Origin: a virus
Length of the DNA stretch: 48,999 nucleotides
IMG/VR virus record: IMGVR_UViG_3300001348_000001
Direction: 5' to 3' (one strand)
The notes beneath the pieces were generated by a model. The model did not search any database. It worked only from the letters and a program-made list of their open reading frames with translations, and was not told the DNA's origin. Positions 42,138 through 48,999 of this stretch are shown piece by piece (position 1 is the stretch's first letter; each line of letters begins with the position of its first letter). Both the position numbers and the translations under genes were made by a program.

Positions 42138-43794
42138 TCCAGATAAGTATCTTAAAGATGAAGATAATAACTTTATCTTTAAGGTAGACGGTACACCTAG
42201 ATTAAAAGGTGGTAGACCTAAAGGCTCAAAAGGCAGAGGATATAATTATCATAGTCAAACTAAGGCTAAGTTAACTGCTAACCGAGTTATAAAAGATAAA
42301 CAAAAGAAAATAGCTAAGACTGAATCTAAGCTACATGCTTATAAAGAATCTTTAAAAAACACAAAGCAAACAATAAAAAAGCTAGAAAACTCAGACTCCG
42401 ATAAAATTATAACCCCCGAAGAGCTATCAAACACCCCCAAGCAAGTTCAACAAGAAGCAAAAGAAAATGTTATCTTTGCTCCAAATGAAGGGCCTCAGAC
42501 AGAGTTCCTTGCAGCAGCCGAGACAGACGTTCTGTACGGCGGAGCAGCAGGGGGTGGTAAGAGCTATGCAATGCTCGTAGATCCTCTCAGATACGCTCAC
42601 AGAGCCGCACACAGGGCCTTAATTATTAGACGGTCTATGCCAGAGCTACGAGAGCTAATAGACAAAAGCCGAGAGTTATATCCCAAGGCTTTTCCCGGTT
42701 GTAAATACCGTGAAGTAGAAAAGCTTTGGAACTTCCCCAGCGGAGCTAAGATAGAGTTCGGCTTCCTTGAGCGTGATGCAGATGTATATCGTTATCAGGG
42801 ACAAGCATATAGTTGGATAGGTTTTGATGAAATTACTCACTTACCCACAGAATTCTCTTGGAACTACCTAGCTTCAAGATTACGTACTACTGATTCAGAA
42901 ATTGTTCCTTACATGCGTTGCACTGCTAACCCCGGCGGCGTGGGCGCTCACTGGGTAAAGAATAGATATATATTACCATCAGATCCTGATACAAGCTTTG
43001 TAGGCAAAGATGGCCTTACAAGAAAGTTTATACCGGCTCGTTTAGAAGATAATCCTTTCCTAGCAATGGATGGTCGTTATGAAAAGATGCTTAAAGCCTT
43101 ACCTCCTACACAACGTAAGCAATTACTAGAAGGTAACTGGGATGTTAATGAGGGCGCAGCCTTTACTGAATTTAGTTTAGAAGAACATGTAATACCGCCA
43201 TTTCAAATCCCGATTCACTGGGATAGAGTTAAAGGAATAGATTATGGCTACGCTAGTGAGTCAGCCTGTGTTTGGGCTACTATAGACCCAAGTGATGGCA
43301 CCCTCATTGTTTATAGAGAATTATACCGTAAAGGCTTGACAGGACAGGATTTAGGCACTATAATAACAGAGATGGAAGTAGAAGACCCCTTCTCAGTTCA
43401 AGGTGTACTAGATACAGCAGCATGGTCCCGTACTGGGACTACAGGCCCTACAGTCGGTGAAACATTAGTAAGACAGGGCCATAAGCTGCGTAGAGCAGAT
43501 AAAAACAGAATACAGGGCAAAATTCAAATCCACGAATACTTGAGGCTTCAGCCAAGCGGACGACCAAGATTACAGATTTTCAGTAGCTGTCCTAGCCTGA
43601 TACGCGAGCTTCAAAGTATTCCTCTGGATAAGACTAATCCTGAAGATGTCAATACTCATGCGCCTGACCACGCCTATGATGCCTTACGGTATCTTATTAT
43701 GTCAAGGCCAAGAGTAAATGACCCACTAGCACAAATGCGGCACTTACGTATGGAACAGGCTTATACACCAGCAGACGCAGATTTCGGATATTAA
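42112..43794 (+). CDS. terL: Terminase large subunit (560 aa) with a basic N-terminal extension of about 130 aa
   Basis: Walker A YGGAAGGGKS, Walker B WIGFDEITH, nuclease GIDYGY ... PDHAYDALRY. There is no in-frame ATG/GTG/TTG between codon 3 and the Walker A, so the extension belongs to TerL. Confidence 0.9.
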   Translation: MTMKDWEINPDKYLKDEDNNFIFKVDGTPRLKGGRPKGSKGRGYNYHSQTKAKLTANRVIKDKQKKIAKTESKLHAYKESLKNTKQTIKKLENSDSDKIITPEELSNTPKQVQQEAKENVIFAPNEGPQTEFLAAAETDVLYGGAAGGGKSYAMLVDPLRYAHRAAHRALIIRRSMPELRELIDKSRELYPKAFPGCKYREVEKLWNFPSGAKIEFGFLERDADVYRYQGQAYSWIGFDEITHLPTEFSWNYLASRLRTTDSEIVPYMRCTANPGGVGAHWVKNRYILPSDPDTSFVGKDGLTRKFIPARLEDNPFLAMDGRYEKMLKALPPTQRKQLLEGNWDVNEGAAFTEFSLEEHVIPPFQIPIHWDRVKGIDYGYASESACVWATIDPSDGTLIVYRELYRKGLTGQDLGTIITEMEVEDPFSVQGVLDTAAWSRTGTTGPTVGETLVRQGHKLRRADKNRIQGKIQIHEYLRLQPSGRPRLQIFSSCPSLIRELQSIPLDKTNPEDVNTHAPDHAYDALRYLIMSRPRVNDPLAQMRHLRMEQAYTPADADFGY

Positions 43795-43799
43795 TATAT

Positions 43800-45974
43800 A
43801 TGTCAGATGAAAATAGTTTAACAGCCAATGGTCTATACTTTGAACAAGTAGAAGACGAGCAAGGTATGCAATTGACTTTAGAAGAGTCCTTGCGTAATAA
43901 CTTTGTTGGTCTTCTTATGGATCGTTACGAACAAGCTGAAAGCTCTAGAGACATTGATGAACAGCGTTGGTTAACTGCATATCACAATTATCGCGGTTTA
44001 TACGACAAAAATGTACGATTTAGAGAGTCAGAAAAATCTAGAGTTTTTGTTAAAGTAACAAAGACAAAAGTCCTCGCAGCTTTTGGACAGCTTGTAGATG
44101 TTATATTCGGAGCTAACAAGTTTCCTATTGGCATTTCAGAGACTAAAATACCAGAAGGTATTAGCGAGTATGCCCATTTAGACCCTCAAAATCCTTTGCC
44201 CGGTATTGAAACTTCGGCAGAAGAAAACCCTGAAGGTAAGGAAGAGAAAAAAGATAATCCATTTGATGTGGGTTTTGAGGGTGATGGTAGAGTATTAAAG
44301 CCCGGAGCTACTTACGGGTCTGGAAAGTTTGACGAAATTTCTATTGAGGCACAAGGAGCAGACAAACTTGTAGATGGATCTAGTCCTAACCCAGCAGTAA
44401 TGGAAGTTAGTCCAGCAAAAGAAGCTGCAAGACGTTTAGAGAAGCTTATTCATGATCAAATTGAAGAATCTAACGGCGCTAGTGAAATACGCAACGCTCT
44501 TTTTGAGTCTGCTCTATTTGGAACAGGCATCGTAAAAGGCCCATTTAACTTTAATAAGACATTGAGTCGCTGGGAAGAAAATGAAGAAGGATCTAGGAGA
44601 TATTCTCCAATTGATGTGCGCGTCCCTCGTATTGAGTTTGTTAGCATTTGGGATTTTTTCCCTGATCCAAACGCTACAAACATAAACGAAGCAGAATATG
44701 TATTCCATCGCCACCGTATGAACCGCACTAAGCTGCGTTCGTTGGCTAAAATGCCATATTTTAACAAAGACGCTATTCGTGAAGCCTTAATGCTAGGGCC
44801 TAATTACGAAGAAAAAGACTATGAACAAGAGCTGAAAGATGACCATCGCACAGGCGAAGAAGGGTCAGGACAGTTTGAAGTTCTAGAGTATTGGGGAGTA
44901 ATAGACGCTGAGTATGCTCGCCAAGTTGGTATGGATATTCCAGATGAAGTAGATGACCTAGATGAAGTACAAGTTAACGCTTGGATCTGCAATGGTCAAA
45001 TGTTACGAGCAGTAATAAATCCCTTTACGCCTTTCAGATTGCCTTATCATGCCTTCCCATACGAAAGAAATCCTTATAGTTTCTTTGGTATTGGCGTTGC
45101 AGAGAACATGGATGACTCTCAAAAGATCATGAATGGTCATGCACGTATGGCAATTGACAATCTAGCGTTGTCAGGGTCATTAGTCTTTGATGTAGACGAA
45201 ACTGCTCTTGTGGGCGGTCAAAGTATGGAAATATTTCCGGGTAAAGTATTCCGAAGACAAGCAGGAGTACCGGGACAGGCAATTAACGGCTTAAAGTTTC
45301 CTAACACCTCACAAGAAAACATGATGATGTTTGATAAATTCAGACAGCTTGCAGATGAACAGACAGGTATCCCAAGCTATTCTCATGGTCAGACAGGTGT
45401 CCAGAGTATGACGCGAACTGCTTCAGGAATGTCCATGCTACTTGGCGCAGCATCCCTTAACATCAAGACTGTTATTAAAAACCTTGATGATTTCTTGTTA
45501 AAGCCTATGGGCGAAGCATACTTCCAGTGGAACATGCAGTTCTTAGAATCTAAGTTAGATGTTAAAGGTGACTTAGAAGTAAAAGCCACAGGTACTAATA
45601 GCTTAATGCAGAAGGAAGTACGTAGCCAACGCTTGACTATGTTCTTACAGACTGCTCAAAACCCTGCTATTGCACCATTCATTAAAATGAACAAGCTAAT
45701 TAGCGAGCTTGCTTACAGTCTTGACCTTGATCCAGATGAATTGATCAACGATCCAGAAGAAGCAGCACTAATGGCTCAAATTATAGGGATGCAAAATAAT
45801 GTTGGACAGGCAACTGGCCCGGAAGCTGGCCCCACTGGTGAACAACCCGGACCTATGGCTCCCCCTGAAGGAGCACCTCAGCAGCCTCAAGAGCTTGGAG
45901 CTACAGGTACTGGCGGTGGCAACATCGGAACTGGAGCTGTACCGCAGTCAGGGGAGGCTGAGTTCTCTGGCTAA
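43800..45974 (+). CDS. Portal protein (724 aa)
   Basis: Immediately downstream of terL, with portal-typical size. Low-complexity G/P/Q-rich C-terminus. Confidence 0.8.
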   Translation: MSDENSLTANGLYFEQVEDEQGMQLTLEESLRNNFVGLLMDRYEQAESSRDIDEQRWLTAYHNYRGLYDKNVRFRESEKSRVFVKVTKTKVLAAFGQLVDVIFGANKFPIGISETKIPEGISEYAHLDPQNPLPGIETSAEENPEGKEEKKDNPFDVGFEGDGRVLKPGATYGSGKFDEISIEAQGADKLVDGSSPNPAVMEVSPAKEAARRLEKLIHDQIEESNGASEIRNALFESALFGTGIVKGPFNFNKTLSRWEENEEGSRRYSPIDVRVPRIEFVSIWDFFPDPNATNINEAEYVFHRHRMNRTKLRSLAKMPYFNKDAIREALMLGPNYEEKDYEQELKDDHRTGEEGSGQFEVLEYWGVIDAEYARQVGMDIPDEVDDLDEVQVNAWICNGQMLRAVINPFTPFRLPYHAFPYERNPYSFFGIGVAENMDDSQKIMNGHARMAIDNLALSGSLVFDVDETALVGGQSMEIFPGKVFRRQAGVPGQAINGLKFPNTSQENMMMFDKFRQLADEQTGIPSYSHGQTGVQSMTRTASGMSMLLGAASLNIKTVIKNLDDFLLKPMGEAYFQWNMQFLESKLDVKGDLEVKATGTNSLMQKEVRSQRLTMFLQTAQNPAIAPFIKMNKLISELAYSLDLDPDELINDPEEAALMAQIIGMQNNVGQATGPEAGPTGEQPGPMAPPEGAPQQPQELGATGTGGGNIGTGAVPQSGEAEFSG

Positions 45975-46021
45975 GTTAGAGAGTTTAAAGGACAGCGTTA
46001 AAGAAGCAATGGAGAGAAAAG

Positions 46022-47890
46022 ATGCCTAAAAGTATGTTAAGCAGAGAGAAAAAAGCTATTGGTGGACAATTAGCTTCAAAACTAATTAAAGTTCTCAAAC
46101 CTGCACAGAAAAAAAAGTTACTTGATGTTGCTGAAGAACTAGAGTTTGTAGACAGTCCTGAAGGACGTACTGCTGCACAGTTTAAACAAGATTTTAAAGA
46201 TTTTGCAGAAGAAAAAACACCGTTAATGGAACAGTTATCTAAAGACTATGATCCAGAAACAGAAATGTTGGATATGGTTGATGATTACTTTATGGGTCTA
46301 AAACAAAGTAATAATGGAGAAGTTATAAAAAGTTTTAAACCTTTAGAACGTCTTGAACAAAAATCAAAAAGTACTACAGCCCCTGTTAAAAAAATAAGTC
46401 CTGTTAACGCAGCTCAAAACCTTGAATCCTTTGATGGCGTTGATGACATTGAAAATTATATGGATTCTTTAAGCACTAAAGATTTAGAAAAATTTAAAGA
46501 CTCATTATCAGAAGATGACTTTGCAGCTCTTGAATCTTTTTTACCTAGGTCTACTTTAAATCGCAGAGAGCAAAAATCATTGGGTGGTAAATTAGCAAAG
46601 CCTCTTCTAAAAAGGGTGGCTAAATTTTTTCCTGATGCAGAAGAAAAAGAAATTAAAACTACGCTAAAAAAAATAAATACTGAACTAGAAGCTGCTTCAC
46701 AAACAATGAAAAAAGAAGATGCTATTATAAAAGTAGCAGAAGATAATGGTGTAACTCCCGGCGCAGTTAGAGATATGGCAAAAGTAGAAGCTAGAAAACG
46801 CGGTGGAGGTAAAAGCGACAATACTTTAGAACGAATTGTACAAATAGGAAGAGCAGCTTTTACAAAACCTACTGCTGGTCAATCCCTTTTAGAGGGGGTT
46901 GGCGATCAAACTAGAGCGGCTAATGTTTTAGCAGGAAAAACTGCTTTAGTTGGTACAGGTGTAGGCTCTTTATTAGGGGCTGGTGCTATGAAAGCTTGGG
47001 ATTCTCAAAACGACTCCGCACCCACAAAAAAAGAATCTACAGCTTTTGAAAAAGCTTTTAGTAAAGCTCATAACGCAGGTAAAAAAACTTTTAAGTTTGA
47101 AGGTAAAGAATACACTACTGACGTTAGAAAAGGAAAAGCAGAAGGCGGTGAAATATCTGACGAAGATAGCTTTCGTATGATGTATAACTCATATAAACAA
47201 GAAATGGAAGCGGCTGAGTCACCTGAACAACAAGAACGTATTCAGCAAAACTTTCAAAAACAGACACAAAACGTAGATCAAGAAGTAAAAATGTCTGTGT
47301 TTAAAGAACAGGACAGGACTATGAAAGCTGAAGGCGGTTCACTGCTTGTACCCCCTGAAATGGGTATGGAAGAAGAAATGCCTGTAGATACTTTTACACC
47401 TGAAGAACAAGCAATGGCAGAAGAGTCACAGGTTCCAGACGATCAAATGGAAGATGACTACATGGGCTTTGTGCTTGATGAGTCTTTAGACGAAACAGAA
47501 CAACAATATTTAATGGGAGCTTTGGAATCAGATTCAAGGCTTAGTGAAATCTTTGATAAAGTCATTATGACTGCATCAGAGTTTTCGGGAGCTGGAGAAG
47601 TTGAAGGCCCCGGAACAGGTGTATCAGATTCTATTCCTGCGCGATTGAGCGATGGAGAGTTTGTAATCACCGAAGAAGCCACCAGTGAAATCGGAGCAGA
47701 CAACCTTCAAACAATGATGGATGATGCAGAACGAAAAGCTAGTGGAGGTAAAGTCGGATACGCAGAAGGCGGTTTATTAAGTAATCCTTATGGGATGCCT
47801 AATAAACAAATGGAAGAAGAGGAAAACCGCATAGAGCAATCTATGTTGGGTGCTAATCAAATGCCAAGCCTAATGGGAGGAAGACGCTAA
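46022..47890 (+). CDS. Virion/head-associated protein (622 aa), acidic with repeated AEGG motifs and an SDGEFVITEEA segment
   Basis: Sits between the portal and scaffold genes. Internal duplication REKKAIGGQLASKLIKVLK / REQKSLGGKLAKPLLKRVAK. Function not assignable. Confidence 0.5.
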   Translation: MPKSMLSREKKAIGGQLASKLIKVLKPAQKKKLLDVAEELEFVDSPEGRTAAQFKQDFKDFAEEKTPLMEQLSKDYDPETEMLDMVDDYFMGLKQSNNGEVIKSFKPLERLEQKSKSTTAPVKKISPVNAAQNLESFDGVDDIENYMDSLSTKDLEKFKDSLSEDDFAALESFLPRSTLNRREQKSLGGKLAKPLLKRVAKFFPDAEEKEIKTTLKKINTELEAASQTMKKEDAIIKVAEDNGVTPGAVRDMAKVEARKRGGGKSDNTLERIVQIGRAAFTKPTAGQSLLEGVGDQTRAANVLAGKTALVGTGVGSLLGAGAMKAWDSQNDSAPTKKESTAFEKAFSKAHNAGKKTFKFEGKEYTTDVRKGKAEGGEISDEDSFRMMYNSYKQEMEAAESPEQQERIQQNFQKQTQNVDQEVKMSVFKEQDRTMKAEGGSLLVPPEMGMEEEMPVDTFTPEEQAMAEESQVPDDQMEDDYMGFVLDESLDETEQQYLMGALESDSRLSEIFDKVIMTASEFSGAGEVEGPGTGVSDSIPARLSDGEFVITEEATSEIGADNLQTMMDDAERKASGGKVGYAEGGLLSNPYGMPNKQMEEEENRIEQSMLGANQMPSLMGGRR

Positions 47891-47905
47891 AAACAACAAT
47901 AGTAC

Positions 47906-47978
47906 GGCTACCTTGTATTAACAAGCCCCAGATTTTAAAGACGTTTTAAATTGGCTACCTTGCAAGAAAACAAGCCCC
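47906..47978 (+). repeat. Two copies of GGCTACCTTG-N5/7-ACAAGCCCC (47906-47929 and 47953-47978) upstream of the scaffold gene
   Basis: Read directly. Each copy can form a short cttg(t)/(a)caag hairpin. Confidence 0.8.
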
Positions 47979-47996
47979 GTAGAAAAGGAGAGTATT

Positions 47997-48860
47997 ATGT
48001 CCGAACAGGCATACGAAGAGGAAGAAGTCGCAAACCCGTATAATGCACGTAAACCTTGGCACACACAAGATCGCAAACAATCTTTAAATGCTGCTGAAAG
48101 TTTGTATTACCCGGAAGATGAAGACGAAGAACCTCAACAGAAAAAGGCTACCCGCAAAAAGGCCCCTTCTTCTGAGGATGAACCCAATACTAATTATAAA
48201 AAACGCTATGATGATTTAAAGAAACATTACGATCAGAAGCTTTCTGAATTTAAACGTAAAGAGCAAGAACTATTGGATCAAGCTAGAGTAGCTGAACCCC
48301 AATACCAAGCTCCTAAGTCTCAAGAGGACTTAGATCGTTTTAGGCAAGAGTATCCTGATCTATATGATACGGTAGAAACTGTAGCTCACATGAGGAGCCA
48401 GCAAGAAGTAGAAGCATTGCGATCTAAGCTTTCTGTTATTGAACAGCGGGAAGCAGAAATTGCAGCGCGAGAAGCTGAGACGGCTTTACAGGAACGTCAT
48501 CCTGACTTTGATCAAATCAGAGGAGATGATGGGTTCCATGAATGGGCGCAGGAACAACCGGATCAAATACAAGATTGGATTTATAACAATCCAAACAATG
48601 TTACTTTAGCTGTTAAAGCGTTAGACCTTTATAAGTTAGAAACTGGGAAAGGACAGAATACTCAAAAAAGACGTTCAAATCGTAAGCAGCCACAAAGTTC
48701 TGCTGCTGATATGGTATCTACTAAAACAACCAATATAGATGCTAAGGAAGCTAAGATTTGGACAGAAAGTGAAATTGCGAAAATGTCCCTCGACCAATTT
48801 GATAGACACGAAGAAGAAATCAATATTGCGATGATTGAGGGAAGGGTTCGTAGAGGATAA
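47997..48860 (+). CDS. Scaffolding protein (287 aa)
   Basis: AAGGAG RBS. Highly charged, helical, E/Q/K-rich protein directly upstream of the capsid gene. Confidence 0.65.
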   Translation: MSEQAYEEEEVANPYNARKPWHTQDRKQSLNAAESLYYPEDEDEEPQQKKATRKKAPSSEDEPNTNYKKRYDDLKKHYDQKLSEFKRKEQELLDQARVAEPQYQAPKSQEDLDRFRQEYPDLYDTVETVAHMRSQQEVEALRSKLSVIEQREAEIAAREAETALQERHPDFDQIRGDDGFHEWAQEQPDQIQDWIYNNPNNVTLAVKALDLYKLETGKGQNTQKRRSNRKQPQSSAADMVSTKTTNIDAKEAKIWTESEIAKMSLDQFDRHEEEINIAMIEGRVRRG

Positions 48861-48999
48861 TCTTTTCTACTTAGGAGTAATATAATATGGCTTTTAACCA
48901 ATCAGACGCTCTATTTGAGCAAGGTACAGACACTAACGGTAACTTTGGTAATTCAGTAGCAGGTCAAACGAACTCGTTTTTCCTACCCAAAGTATATTC
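48597..48999. repeat. Second copy of the 403-bp terminal redundancy
   Basis: Identical to 1-403. Confidence 0.97.
48887..48999 (+). CDS. Major capsid protein, N-terminal fragment (duplicate of 291-403)
   Basis: Same sequence as 291-403, truncated by the window end. Confidence 0.6.
   Translation, partial: MAFNQSDALFEQGTDTNGNFGNSVAGQTNSFFLPKVY

Noticed and set aside
1-48999. tRNA, rRNA or other structured RNA genes
   Set aside because: Scanning by eye, I found no conserved tRNA T-loop/acceptor patterns (GGTTCGAATCC-like). Non-coding space is essentially limited to 40536-41536. A tRNAscan/Infernal run would be needed to exclude them formally.

Overview
The window is a complete genome of a tailed dsDNA phage. 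Bases 1-403 are identical to 48597-48999, so the unit length is 48,596 bp and the contig closes on itself. Genes are tightly packed, with many ATGA/TAATG junctions, and form two divergent arms that start from a gene-free region of about 1 kb (40536-41536). The rightward late arm wraps across the window end: terS, a small HTH protein, terL, portal, a 622-aa virion protein, scaffold, major capsid, adaptor/nozzle-like proteins, a 1270-aa tail fibre, five large putative internal/ejection proteins, M15 peptidase, a 3-TM holin, three envelope-targeted proteins and a trio of small Lys-rich proteins. The leftward early/replication arm runs from 40535 down to 24776. It starts with an AT-hook protein and many small ORFs. 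It then encodes a DUF932-like protein, ThyX, an SSB, a T7-gp4-like primase-helicase, a family A DNA polymerase, four PD-(D/E)XK-type nucleases including a T7 endonuclease I homologue, a DUF3310-like protein and a class II ribonucleotide reductase. The two arms meet stop-to-stop at 24775/24776. I found no phage RNA polymerase, integrase, tRNA or CRISPR array. By inference this is a T7-supergroup podovirus without its own RNAP, in the style of the marine VpV262/SIO1 phages. That taxonomic placement is from memory of gene content, not from a search. The most unusual features are listed below.
- The repeat-dense control region, which has back-to-back consensus promoters sharing a perfect inverted repeat.
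- An HMGA-type AT-hook in the first early protein, echoed in an N-terminal extension of TerL.
- A lysis cassette with no recognisable lipoprotein o-spanin.
- An HhH-GPD glycosylase-like early protein.
- An ejection protein with a cationic, antimicrobial-peptide-like N-terminus.
All functional calls rest on motifs read by eye and on synteny. No database search was run.
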